From: Octopus vulgaris
Lineage: Eukaryota
Direction: 5' to 3'
NCBI GenBank assembly: GCA_951406725.2
Contig: OX597816.1
Span: 132,866,001 to 132,930,000, forward strand
Length of the DNA: 64,000 nt
Position 1 is the stretch's first letter. Every line of letters starts with the position of its first letter. Made by a program: the position numbers and the translations under genes. The notes below the pieces were generated by a model, which was given only the letters and a program-made list of their open reading frames with translations, searched no databases and had not been told where the DNA came from. This document shows positions 25,251-38,319 of this stretch, piece by piece.

Positions 25251-26164
25251 GACAAAATTTTAGCAAGGGACACTTTTAGTGAATTGTTTTAGAGTTGAAG
25301 GTCACATAGAGCAACTTGAGCAACCATACTGTATGTGATGTTTTTAGTCCTAGTTTATCTTGAGCATAATTTGGTCTGTGAAACATCTTGATCCACACTT
25401 TTCTACTTATGTATTATTCTTTTACTTTTGATCAGTATTAACCCTTTGGAAAGTATATGGTCTAACATTGTTTTTGGTTCTAATGAAGTGAATTACCTGT
25501 TTTGAGTGATTTTAATTAAAACAGCCCATCAAAATTTAATCTTAATTTATGGTCCCTATTTCAGCTTAATATTGTCAAAGTTATTTTACTAAATTCTTTA
25601 TTCTTTTCAAAATCAATCAAAATAAGGACTATTTATTTGGACAGAAATATAGTAACCAATGGGCTAATTTTAAGAAAAGACTATAACATGCTCAACATAC
25701 CTATATCTCCTCCCTCATCACTTTGGCTGTATCTCCTTGTCCAGGTCCCGTGCTACATACTTCTTTAATTTTCTTTTGCTTAGAACTGCTATACTCCTCC
25801 CCAACTCATATAATTCATTCTTTATCAACACTTTTCATACAGATGCTGACTACCAGTTATTAAAACTGAACATCAATAGACAACATTTTTTTGAGAAGGT
25901 GTGCAAATATTATGGCAATGCCCTTTCTTTTATTGTTATCACATAAAAAAAAAATCAGAGAAAGATTATTGTGAAGTGGTCATCATAGGAAATAAATTTT
26001 CTGATTACTTGGATATGTGATATACTTCAAGCTTCCTTGCAGAGCCTGTGATATTTAACCTTTATTACTATTCAGTAAATGATATTCTGTTGAAGTACAA
26101 CTTTAAGTTTGCTTGCTATTCATTTGAGCAAAGTGATTTTTATGCTTTAATGGATAGACAAAAG

Positions 26165-26770
26165 TAAAGAACTGGTAGAATTGCTAGTGTATCAGACGAA
26201 ATGCATAGCAGCATTTCTTCCAGCTCTTTACATTCTGAGTTCAAATTCCTCTGAGGCTAGCTTTGCCTTTCATCTTTTCAAGGTTGATAAAATAGATACC
26301 AGTTGAGCATTGTAGTTGATGTGATAAACTAACAACTACCCACAGAAACTGCTGACCTTGGGCTAAGATTCAAAAACACTACAGATGAACATGCTAATTG
26401 GCAAAGTTCTTAAATTCCATGAAGATAAAAAAATTAATAGATTTCTATTTAATATAATTTATAATTAAGTAAATCATGGCAACATTTGTAGCTATTAAAA
26501 CACAGACAAACACTGTTACAGTCACTACAGCTTTATCAATTACTATTTTGTAATAATTCTTTCTACTACAGGTGCAAGGCCTGAAATTTGGGGCTTGAGG
26601 ATAGTTGATTACATCAGCCCTAGTGCTCCACTGGTACATATTTTATTGACCCTGAAAGGATGAAAGGAAAAGTCAACCTCGGCAGAATTTGAACTCAGAA
26701 CATAAAAATAGATGAAATGCTGCTAGGCATTTTGACTGGTGTACTAACAATTCTACCAGCTTGCTGTCTT
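26165..26770. mobile_element. Two family A SINEs in opposite orientation (26165-26375 +, 26558-26770 -)
   Basis: TTCTGAGTTCAAATTCC...GCCTTTCATC on the plus strand and GGATGAAAGG...GAATTTGAACTCAGAA as the reverse copy. Confidence 0.8.
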
Positions 26771-27324
26771 ATATTATTTAGTAATAATGACATAGTGTTA
26801 TATGTCAGCAATACATTAAAGTCGCATGTTAGTGGTCAAGACAAAGATAAAGTTCAAAGACTTTGATAACTAGTAATTAATAATATTACAAAACAACAAT
26901 TAAGTTAAAGTTAATATAACATTGCATGTGTGTTTTTAATTGCTACAATGACTCTACCATGACCTAACTGTTTAAGTTTGAACATATACTCCTAGCCAAA
27001 ATCAGATTTGGGGCATTATGGATAACATAGATATATAAGGACCAGGAGATTTCAGATTTAACCTCTGGCAAGCTTGTAGAGTTTTACAGTATGTATCTTG
27101 GATTTAGAATAGCTACACTATGTCTATGTTTGTTGTGAGAGGCAGCTACAAGATTTGGTGGCAAGAAGAGCTTCTGGTCATTAAACACTACCCCAGAAAA
27201 ACCATCTAACCCATACCAGTTTCAAAAATCAGATATAAAATGCTGATGTTGACACAATTTCAGACTAAATCACATGCCAAACATGTGTAACTCATGGTGT
27301 TACTTATGAACTTTATTCTTCATT

Positions 27325-28190
27325 CTTTTACTTCTTTCAGTCATTTGTCTGTGGCCATGCTGGAACACCACCTTTAGTCGAACAAATTGACCTAGGACTT
27401 ATTCTTTGTAAGCCTAGTACTTATTCTATTGATTGTCAAGCGATGGTGGGGGGGGGGGGGACAAACACAGACACACATGCACACAAATATATACATATAT
27501 GTACGATAGTCTTCTTTCAGTTTCTGTCTACCAAATCCACTCACAAGGCTTTGGTCAGCCTGAGGCTGTAGTAGAAGATACTTGCCCAAAGTGTCACGGT
27601 CAGCTCGAGGCTGTAGTAGAAGACACTTGCCCAAAGTGTCACGCTGTGGGACTGAAACCAGGAGTATGTGGTTGGGAAGCATTTAACTGTAAATGATACG
27701 TGTATTTTGTTTTATCCTGTTTGCTGTTGTTGTGCTATCATCCTTTTCCTGCTTGCTATGTTTTGATGATTTCTATTTGTTGTGTTTTTACCTTTGATAG
27801 GTGCAGTAGTTGCTGTGTGGTAAGTAGCTTCCTTACCAGCCACATGGTTCCGAGTTCAGTCTCACTGCATGGCACCTTGAGCAAGTGTCTTCTACTATAG
27901 CCTCAGGCCGACCAAAGCCTTGTGAGTGGATTTGGTAGATGGAAACTGAAAGAAGCCCGTCATGTATGTATGTATGTGTGTGTGTGTGTGTTTGTGTGTC
28001 TCTGTTTGTCCCCCACCATCACTTGACAACCGACGGTGGTGTGTCTATGTCCCCGTAACTTAGTGGTTCGGCAAAAGAGACCGATAGAATAAGTACTAGG
28101 CCTACAAAGAATAAGTCATGGGTCGATTTGTTCAACTAAAAGCAGTGCTCCAGCATGGCTGCAGTCAAATGACTGGAAGAAATAAAAGAA
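27325..28190. mobile_element. Divergent pair of near-complete family B SINEs (27325-27680 -, 27800-28190 +)
   Basis: Mutually complementary bodies. The left copy carries a 45-bp tandem duplication (27553-27597 and 27598-27642). Confidence 0.9.
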
Positions 28191-28201
28191 TAGAAAAAAC
28201 A

Positions 28202-28236
<35 letters not shown>

Positions 28237-28279
28237 TTAACTTTTTCTCTCTTGCATATATCTATATATATATATATAT

Positions 28280-28319
<40 letters not shown>

Positions 28320-28509
28320 ATAAGTACACAGTGAGGTCTATTTAATTTCTATCTACTGATATATACCACAAGGCATTGATAAGCCTGAAGTTATTGTAGG
28401 GGCCACTTACCAAAGGTGTTGATCAGTGAAACTGAATTCAGGTCAACATGGTTGTAAAGTAAACTCTTGCCAGCAATCTCCTATAATGCCATCCCCACCC
28501 ATCTTGCGG

Positions 28510-30380
28510 TGTTATGAGCCTGCTACAACATAGCAGGGAAGGATCAGAAGTGAGGGAGTAGGCATGTCCTATCAGAAGTGGGGGGCCAGTGGATCCCACC
28601 AGAAGTGCCACGGTGGACATGCAGCATCAGTGAAACACGAGGGTGAGTCGACGGTGAACAGCACATCAGAGCAGACATGGCCATGCGGTGGGGGGCTGCA
28701 TACCATCAAGATCTGGACTGATTCAGCCACTGTACATAGGTGGGAGGGATCAGTGAGCACAGGTGAGCAGAGGATGCGAACCAAAGGGGGTGCAGAGATG
28801 CTGATAAAATGCTGTCTGGGAATTCTGGGCGAGTTAGCTGCCAAGTTTAACCTGAGGCTAACTGTGGTTTTTGTGCTCTCAGGGAAGAATAGAGCGGACG
28901 TCCTGGCCAGAGTAAAGAAAGCCTGGTTGCAGATGCCAGAGGATCTGGAGTAATGAGTGGCTGCAGTGTGTCGACTGAGTGACTTGGAGCTGAGGAGATT
29001 GCATACCATGCATCACATGGGGGTGGACAGAACCCTGTTCCTAGCCAGGAAAGTTGACTCTGATGTGACCAGGCAGATTGTGCAAAGAGTAGTTTGGGAG
29101 CTGCAACAGATGCCAGTCTATTGACCCTGCTCTGGGTATGCACGAGGCAGGAAGCATTCCAGTAGAACACAACTGGAAACAACTGGCAGTGGACATGACG
29201 CATTACTAGCAGGGTACATACCTCTCAATGGTTGACTGTGAACCAGGGCAGTTAGCCATATGGAGGGAGATGAAGATGGGGACCAGAGAGGAAATCACAA
29301 GAATACTGAATGAGGTATTCCTAGAATGAGGCCCTGTGGGTAAGCTGCTTGTGGACAATGGCACTGCGTTTTGCTCAGAGGTGTTGGGGGAAATGCTCGA
29401 CAAGTGGTATGTCAGCCGTTTCTTCAGGGCAGCATACCAGCCAAGTGGCAAAGGGGTTGTAGAGGGGCATCATCGTACCATCAAGACCATAGGAGAGAGT
29501 GGCCACATCTCACGGGTCGAGGCCGTTTTTTGGTATAATATGTCACCCAGGATGGGACAGGCTGAGGAGTTAGTGCCACACAGGGCAATATTCAATTATA
29601 AGTGGAGGCATTCATGTACTGCATCGCTGCATCCCACAGAAGAGAAGGAGCATGCCTTTGTGCAGGTCGGAGAAGAAATCTGGGTTAAATCCCCAAATGC
29701 GTGGAGCACATCACAGTGGGAAAAGGGGACAATAACTTCTGTGAATTTGAAGAACAGCGTATCCGTAGATGGCATGCCATGACATGTTTTGGATGTGTGC
29801 AGGAGCATCACTGTAACAGGGGATGTGGCCAACAGTAATGGACAAGAAGAAGAAGCTGGCAGGAACATGCCAGGAACTGAGGCCAGTCCTGAAGTCCCAC
29901 AGTGGTCACAGAGGGAGCAGTGCCCTCTTCACTGGTTGGCTGATTATGAGACAAGTTATGGTGTGTGGTCAGGGTTGAGAAGAGGGCATGGGCAGGTTGG
30001 TTGAATGATCTTCAGATCAGGTGGGGCGTGTGGTGTTATGAGCCAGGCTGTATTGTAGGGAAGGATCAGAAGTGAGGGAGTAGGCATGTCCTGTCGGAAG
30101 TGGGGCCCGTGGATCCCACCAGAAGTGTCACGATGGACATGTGGCATCAGAAAAGTATGAGGGTCAGTTGGCCGTGAACAGCACATCAGAGCAGACATAT
30201 GAGATGGTACAGCAACAGATAGCGCATACGGACACAGAAACTTGGAGATTGAGACAGCACATGGACCTTGGAGTTAGAGACAGCACATGGATGTTGAAAG
30301 TGACCCTTTTTCCAGACCGACAAGTAAGACTACAGTAATTCTATCTTCGCGTCCATCTTTTTTCTTCCTTTACATCACAC
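28510..30380 (+). mobile_element. Gypsy-like LTR retrotransposon, internally deleted (partial LTR - RNase H - integrase - LTR)
   Basis: LTR-like direct repeats start TGTTATGAGCC at 28510 and 30034, the second after G-rich GGTGGGGCGTGTGG. RNase H: IWTDSATVHRW...NRADVL. Integrase: HHMGVDRT...CNRCQ, LAVDMTHY, LLVDNGTAF, GVVEGHHRTIK. Stops and frameshifts present; the 3' end is approximate. Confidence 0.9.
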
Positions 30381-30919
30381 ATCTAAAATTTGTTGTATTG
30401 TGACAATATTAAAACTCATTAATTAATTTCATATTCACTCTTTACATCAAACACTAATAAAATTAACTTCAATTTACAAACTAGCATTTTACGCATTTGA
30501 AATTGCTTGTTTTCACTTTTTATTTTATTTTTTTAATGTGTCATTTTGAGTAAGAAATATTTTTATTCATTTATTTATTCTAATCTTAATTTTTTTTTTG
30601 TTAAGTCAAAATTCTAAGACTGAATTAGAAAAAACAAAAAAAGACTTAAGTTCTCTAGAGTTCATTTTACCAATAAGACATTTTAGTGAAAATGAAGTCA
30701 TATTGATTTCTCATAAATATACAAAGAAACTAAAATGGTTCACTGTTCTTTGATTAGGTCCACCTGCTTTGCATAAAACTAGAACAAAAAAATTATTGGC
30801 AAGAAATAATTGAATTCATTCTTCCAGAAAATGGAAATTAACTTTCTTTTTATCTTATTTTTTTTCACCTTTCTTATTTTCAGTTCTTTCCTTTTTGTCT
30901 GTGCCAATAGAAATATAAT

Positions 30920-31285
30920 TGTGTTGTGTGTGTGTGTGTGTGTGTGTGTGTCTGTGTCTGTGTGTCTGTGTCTGTGTGTGTGTGTACATGCATATACATG
31001 TCTGTATATGTGTACATGCACATGTATAAATGTATGCCTTTGTGTGTGTTGTGTTTATGCATTTGTGTGTGTGTATGTAAATATCTATGAATGTGTATGT
31101 GTACACGTGTACACTTGGGTTTCTGTATATACATGTGTGTCTATACATGTGTATGTGAACATGTATATATGTGTGCCTATATGTATTTATATGTGTGTGT
31201 GTGTGTGTGTGCACGCACGTATGCACACATTTGTGTCTGTGTTGCATATATGAATGTATGTATATGTATGTGTTTGTATGTGTGC
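30920..31285. repeat. Compound (TG)n/(TATG)n microsatellite
   Basis: Read directly; it generates the poly-CV and poly-HT ORFs. Confidence 0.95.
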
Positions 31286-32227
31286 ATTTTTCCGTCTGAA
31301 TAACTTTCAAGATTTTCTTTGTTTTTTTTTTTACTTAATAAATAAGAATTCAAAATTAAAGTCTTTGGGGAATAAAGTAACTAACATGATAGAAAAGTAG
31401 CTGACTGTAAGGTTTGGTCGACCAGTCTCACTAAAATAACTGATGCAAAGCATAATTGAAATAGGCTAAAAATAGATTTTTATTAATGATGTGGATTACA
31501 TGGGCAATGATGATGTTAACGGTAGTGGTGATGTTCATGGTGATAATAATGACACTGATGATGATGATGGTGATGGTGGAGATGATAAAGGAAGATGATG
31601 ACAATGAAAATTATTTCTGATAAAAACACAACACCGGAAAGTTCTAGTCTGTGACGGAAACTTAGGTCTACTGATCCTAGTAAATGACACTTGTCAAAAA
31701 TGCAACGCAGTGGGACTGAATCCAAAACCATGTGGTTGTGAAGTAAATTTCTTAATCATATATGTGTGTGTATGTGTGTGTGTGTGTGTTTGTCTTTTGT
31801 GTGTTATGCATTGAAGTGATACCTTGTTCTTCTCCAACTCTTTTTCTTTCTCTCTCTCTATTTTCTCCTTTCCTTCACAATACTCTGTTCTGCCTAGCCA
31901 TGCTTTTTCTTCAACACTCCATGTAGGCAGGTTCTGTCGACATAGCCTAGCCAGAGCTATATATAAAGTTGAAATCTATGTCTTAACTGAAGAAAGTATT
32001 ATGTAAGAGATGAATGTTTTTTCTCTCTTGCATAATTATCTGAATATGTGTGCTAAACACATCCCAAATATATCAATATTTGGTTTGAATTTTTATTATT
32101 ATTAATATTATTGTTGTTGTTGTTGGTTGTTGTTATTATTATTATTTGTATTATGATGATCTATCTACCTATTTGTCTTTCCATCTATCTATCTATTTAT
32201 CTCTCTCTCTCACTTTCTATAGATAAA

Positions 32228-32258
<31 letters not shown>

Positions 32259-33057
32259 GTATATAAATCAAAGTTATTTTATTCTACACAGGTAGAAATA
32301 TAGGTAAAATAGTAGTTGAAAATGCACCGAGAGTAGTTAAAATATTTTTTATTAATATATTTAAAGCTTTAACCAATTTTACAGTTTGCATTGATTTTCA
32401 AAAAGTTCAAATAGAAAGACATGGCTTATGTCGCAGCAGTCGAGTATGTAAATTATGTCAAGGAACCATAATGGACAGAGAAGAAACTCTCATTGATGCA
32501 AGTTCTATTTGAAACTGATTTCCACCATTATTTTTGAAATTCACCTAGTCTTTACTCAGCTATCTCAAGGGATAGTTTTCTCCACTTAAGCTATTATATT
32601 CAATTCTCATTTGTCCTGCCATTTCCTACTGTTGATATGCACACATGCAAAATAAGATAGTTAATTTATGAATATTCAGTCTTTCTTTAATCTCTGTCCT
32701 CACCATATCCTGTCCACAGATGTCAATGACAATAGTGTATTTGGTCAATAAGCTCTAACAAGGCATCTATGTTCAATCTCAATAACATATAAGCCATCTT
32801 CAAGGTACTCAGAGCTCAGGAAGAATTTTGAATTTTCATGTTAGCAAAAAGTTAATAGCTGAGCAATAATGGTCAATCTTTATAATGCAGTGGTCCTGAA
32901 ACTGACAAATAGCAGGAAGGTCCCATCTAAAAAATATTAATGAAAACTTTGTCCCATTTTACTAATGCAAATACAAGAGAGTTAGCATCCAAGTAATTCT
33001 TCTGTCTTTGCTACAGTCTTGGACATGTTAAATTCTACAATCTCTCTGCATCTAAAG

Positions 33058-33317
33058 CAATGGTTCTCAACCAGGATCCACATGACCCTTCATGGGGTGG
33101 GGAGATCCATATAAGATTTTGTTGTTAAAGATTACTAGCAATAAATTGGTTATACATTTACAACACACAAAATATTTTAACAATTTGTTTTGTACAATTC
33201 CTGATAATATTTAATTATAAAAATACAGTAGGATTTTATTTTTAACATAGGGGTCCAGCAGAGTAAAATGGGTTTCAAAGGGGTCCATAGGAACAAAAAA
33301 ATGGTTGAGAATCACTG
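33058..33317. mobile_element. hAT (Charlie-like) MITE
   Basis: TIRs CAATGGTTCTCAACC and GGTTGAGAATCACTG; imperfect 8-bp TSD ATCTAAAG/CTCTAAGG. A related fragment lies at ~9640-9775. Confidence 0.85.
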
Positions 33318-34196
33318 CTCTAAGGTAATCATCATCATCATCGTTTAACGTCCGCTTTCCATGCTAGCATGGGTTGGACGGTTCAACTGGGGTCTGGGAA
33401 GCCCGAAGGCTGTCAGCTCTGGTAGAAACCTATTCTTTCCAACAGTATAACTGGGATAATTGAAAGTAAGTAGACTTGTCACCAAACTGAATTTATACAA
33501 AGAAAAAAAAATGACATCTTCCACCAGAGGCTGATTTTTCTAATACTAGTAACATGTTAAGCATGCTTTAAGTCCCTTTAATACATCATTAGAATTAAAA
33601 GTAAAATACCTGTTGGTTATAAATGAGCATCCATTCTAGATTATTTCAATAAAAACTACCATATTTGCAAGTAATCAGATCAGGTGTGTTATCTTAGGGA
33701 AAATATTCGTCAGTTATAAAGAGTCTGAGGCCCTAAGCATTACATTCCTAATTGTGACAAGCAACTAAGTAAAACAATATCAACTAAAATATAACATTTT
33801 ATTTCAGTTTTTCAAATATCAAATACATGTAATATATTCCATTTGCAATAGAGACTTCATCAATATTTATTATATACTGTCTTTGGTAGATACTTTAGAT
33901 TAAGAGATAAGCCTCTGGGCAGACAAACCACAAATAGTTTCAATCTAATAATTGAAGTCAGTCAGTTTCCCTTTATGATACAGATGCCTTTGGAAAAGAT
34001 ATGAATGCGATATCATTTTAGTTCCCCTTCCCTAAAATATATAATCAGCCCACCTGTTCAGCAAAGGATCAAGAGACTAACATAATTTTGTTCTTCAAAG
34101 TCCTGAGTTCAAATGCAGCCAAGGTCAGTTTTACCTTTCAATTCTTCTAGAGTCAATAAAATAAGCATCAACCATCTCTTGCTCTCTCTCTCTCTT

Positions 34197-34245
<49 letters not shown>

Positions 34246-34325
34246 TTCTCCCCTGCAATAACCAAATTTGTTCCTTAAGTCAATATTCTGAATTTGAAAG
34301 AAAACCATATGGAACCATAACTTAC

Positions 34326-34500
34326 CTGTCATAGTAAATATTCCAACAAGCATCCCTAAATTCCGCCCTGCTAACATCACATCATCACTGTCAGCTTGTG
34401 AACCTGTTTGTTTGGACTTGCGACCAGCCCATATTCCTACAAACAAGATTCCAAGGTAGAAAACAACAATAGCTAAAATCCCAGCAATATGTACAGCCAT
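34326..34500 (-). CDS. SLC5A7: High-affinity choline transporter (SLC5 family), first coding exon: 58 codons + 1 nt. The exon begins at 34545 with 45 nt of 5' UTR.
   Basis: Translates [58 protein letters not shown], matching the CHT1 N-terminus (human [26 protein letters not shown]...GFTMT). Donor ACAG|gtaagt at 34326/34325; acceptor tttttatttcag| at 34546/34545. Confidence 0.95.
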
Positions 34501-34941
34501 TGTTGTAGCCTTAATGTGTTTGAAGCCGCTCAGTGATTGTCAAGTCTGAAATAAAAAAGAAAAAAATCTCATAAGTATAAAAAATAATTTATATTTGTTA
34601 GTCTAAACTCTAGAGAGAATAACAGAGCAAAAAGTAATGATCCAGGAGGTTAATGTGATACTGGAAAAATAGATTAGTTACATGAGATTACAATAAGAGT
34701 TAACATACAGATAGGATAATAGAAGATGCATGACTTAATGACAAGTGTAATAGACTCACAATAATAAGGCCCTGAGTTCTATTCCCAGTGGTGAGGATGA
34801 TGATGAACAACAAAGACTTCTTTCATTTTCATTTGTCACAAAAAATTAAGATAGTTTCATTTTTTCTTAATTATACAAAAAATTAAATGATGATGTATAT
34901 ATACTGATATAAATAAAAGATATGGGAATAAAATAAAACAT

Positions 34942-35250
34942 GAAGGTGGGTGGCTTAATGGTTAAGGTATTTGGTTCATAGTCATAAGGTTGTGAGATTG
35001 GTTCCTGGTGGTGCATTCTGTCCTTGAGCAAGACACTTTATTTCTCATTGCTACAGTTTACTCAACTAACAAGAATGAGTTGTACCTGTAGTTCACAGGG
35101 CCAGCCTTGTCACATTCAGTGTCATGCTGATTCTCCTGAGAACTATGTTAAGAGTCTGTATGTTTGTGGAGTGCTCAGCCACTTGCTCATTAATTTCACA
35201 AGCAGGCCATTCTGTTGACTGGAACACTCACTGTTGTATCCAACAGAGAG
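34942..35250 (+). mobile_element. tRNA-type SINE, family D (GTCCTTGAGCAAGACACTT central domain)
   Basis: A-box-like GTGGCTTAATGGTTAAGG, then TGTCCTTGAGCAAGACACTTTATTTC. Related to the minus-strand copy around 4230-4590. Confidence 0.7.
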
Positions 35251-36411
35251 CTGAGAGGAGGACAGTTTGGATAAAGGAACTCTTGTAGAGAAGACAATCT
35301 CCTAGTGTAATGAATTAAAAAAACTGGTTTTGACTCTTATTTGAAAAAACTTCTTATCTGTTTCTGTCCCTCTCTCATACTTTAACCCCTCATCATCTGG
35401 TACAAAGCCACCTCCATCAATACTACCCCCTTCTCTGTTTAAGGAGCCTTGTCTTGCAAGTTATTTGGTAACCTTGCTGGTGCTGATGCCATATAAAAAG
35501 GATCCAGAAAGTGGGTAAGATTTGGAAGAACATCCTTCCATAGAAACCACACCAAAACAGACAGTAGAGCTTGGTGCGGTCATCTGTGTTGCTACCTCCT
35601 GTCAGACCATCCAACCTATGCCAGCATGGAAAGCAGACATTAAATGATGATGATGGTGATGGTGGTGGTGTTGGTGGTGGTGGTGATGATGGAGCATAAT
35701 AGCTATAAGCTTAACATGTAAGGAAAAATTGGTTGCTTGTAATAATCTACATGGAAGTTCCCAGAGAATTTGGCTCCTTGTTGTAGTCATTTTACATTGA
35801 TTATAAACAAGTGGCATAAAATATCATTAAAATCATATTCCCTTCTTTTATTAATTTGAGATCATGTAACTTCAATATTTAATTTGTAGTGATAAATATT
35901 TGGGAAGGAATCATAGGTTGTGAGTTGGGTGTTGGAGTAACATTGTTCCTCAGAAGAATAAAGAACAATATTGTTGTTATTTAGCTTTGGTTGATCATGA
36001 TTAAGTCCATGATTAAATGTATTCTAGCCATGACCATCCTGTTGGTTTTTTTTTCAGGCATTATATACTTAATACTAAATTATCCATATTGTCTTAGATA
36101 TTCTCTTCCTTTAAGATGCTAGGGTCTGTTTAGGGAAATTTGGCTGCTACTTCTAGCTGGCTGAATAACTGTATAGAGACCACAACTTTGTGGTCTCTAT
36201 ATTTTCTTTTGTAATGGACTGTGAGAAGAGACAAGATATGGTTGTCAAAGAGATGAAAAGAATAAAGAAAATATAGACAGAATGACTAATAAAAAATAAA
36301 AATATTTTTTAGTTAAAATTAAACAAAATTATTTAAAATAGTAGAAAATAAGAATCAGAAAAAAATTTGAATCTTATGGACAATTTTATACCATTCATAC
36401 AGTAAGAGGAT

Positions 36412-36986
36412 TTAAGGGGGAAACTGGGTGTAAGGGGCATCAGATGTGAGCAAGAGAAGACTATGCTGGTTTAACCTTGTGATGCATATAGATGAGGACA
36501 GCTGTATAAAGGAGTGTTGAGCTCTAGTTGTTGAGGGTACCTGTAGAAGGAGTAGATCCAGGAAGACATGGGACAAAGTGGTGAGAAAGGATTTTTGGAT
36601 GCTGGGCCTCACTGAGGAAATGACAAGGGATCAGGAGATGTGGCAATTTGCTGTACTTGATAAGACATGTCAAGCTAAGTAAAATCATTATCTTCCATAC
36701 ATACAGGCTTATCCTTTCATGTGTCAATGCCACATAAAAGGCATCTGTGCCAGTGCTGTGTAAATGCATCCATGCTGGGACTATGTAAATGCTGCCATGT
36801 TGGTGGCACGAAAATGCACCTGTGGCAGTGGAACGTAAAAAGTACCCAGCACACTTTGTTAAGTGGTTAGTATTAGGAAGGGCATCCAACTATAGAAACC
36901 ATCCCACAATAGACAATTGGAGTCTGGACAGCTCCATGTCAAACCATCCAATCCATGCCAGCATGGAGAACAGATGTTAAATGATG

Positions 36987-37018
<32 letters not shown>
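36412..37018 (+). mobile_element. RTE LINE 3' end: ORF C-terminus joined to the family C tail and (GAT)n
   Basis: WFNLVMHIDEDSCIKEC*ALVVEGTCRRSRSRKTWDKVVRKDF...TRDQEMWQ, then ATTAGGAAGGGCATCCA...CCATGCCAGCATGGA...TTAAATGATGA(GAT)n. Confidence 0.85.
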
Positions 37019-38319
37019 ACTATGAAAATTAAAATTATTTAAATAGTTACTAATATCGGCAGTTTCTGATCTATTTTCTTAGAGTATTCTCTGTTTTGTT
37101 TCTTGTGCTAACTCACAAACTTTGCAACGATGTCTGGATTTCATGACATTAAACAGATTTCATGGCATTAAACAGATAAGAGAAAAATCATACCCTGGAC
37201 AAGATACTAACCTACCACATATTGTTTGAAAGGTAATATATATTAACTTGCATGACAAAGAAACATTTACATACCACAGAATTTATTAATTTGCTTCCAT
37301 AATGTTAATCCTTTGTTTATTGTCAGATAAATAGTGGTATTTCAGCAGAAACAGGACCATAAAGTTCACTGGAACAGCTGGAGTTGAAGTTGTGGAACTC
37401 CAAAAACATATTCTCTTCCTATAGTGGCATTTTAAACTATGAATTTCTTGAGAGCAAATCTATACTTATTTTCATGTTGAGATTTAATTTCCTTATATTT
37501 ATTTCTTAATCTAGATAAAGAACTGATTTTTATTTTTCTCACTCTCTTAATCACCCTTCTTTCTCTTTCTCACTTCTTTCTTTCTCTACTCTCATCCTGG
37601 CCTGCTCCTTCTCCTCTTTTTCTTTCCTTTCTCTGTTTTACTCCATTTTAAAAATTTCTGCTTTCTTTTCCCCCTTTTTTCTCTTTACTTTACTATTGTT
37701 CTGTATGGTCTTTCTTTTTTCTCCTTTTACATATTCTTCTCTTGCAAGTCTTCCTCTCCTTCCACTTCTCACGTCCCTCTTCATATTTTTTTTTTTATAC
37801 AGATATTTAGAGACATTCTTACAAAGATAATTGTTTACATTTGAAAATGTCACATTTTTTATTTAAACAAAACCTGATTCACTGAAAGCTGTATTCTACA
37901 CTTCAGGAAAATATCCATTGACCTGTTAAGTTAAAGTTACCTACAGCTAAGCTGCTCAGAACAAATCTATAAAAGACAGGTCAAAATCTGATGTGGTACA
38001 GAAAAATCTGATCTGCCATACTTCTAATAAATATCTCCCCTGCCCCAGAGAAAATATTGGGATTAATTGTATAAATACAAAAGGAATTTATTTTCTGATT
38101 ACTTTGATGATTTTTTTTTAAACATATATAAAAAGTTAGGTGGTTGTCAGTAGCTGTAAAGTCTAGAGTTTGCATACATACATATATTTTGGTTCTGAAG
38201 GTTTAAGAAGTACATGATCTTTTCCACATATTAGATGGTCTTCCATAGCTAAGAAGAGTATAAAACAAGGAAGACATTAAATTTAAGGGGACTTTCTTTT
38301 GTACCCTTTTTTGTTTTAA

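Noticed and set aside
32563-32572. COE/EBF-like site TCTCAAGGGA in intron 1 (COE factors regulate cholinergic genes in nematodes)
   Set aside because: About one such degenerate match is expected by chance in 64 kb; no clustering or conservation evidence.
34168-34325. C-terminal part of the 110-aa ORF (GKLWFH...ERERER)
   Set aside because: Read-through into the intron past the GTAAGT donor; homology stops at FTMT.
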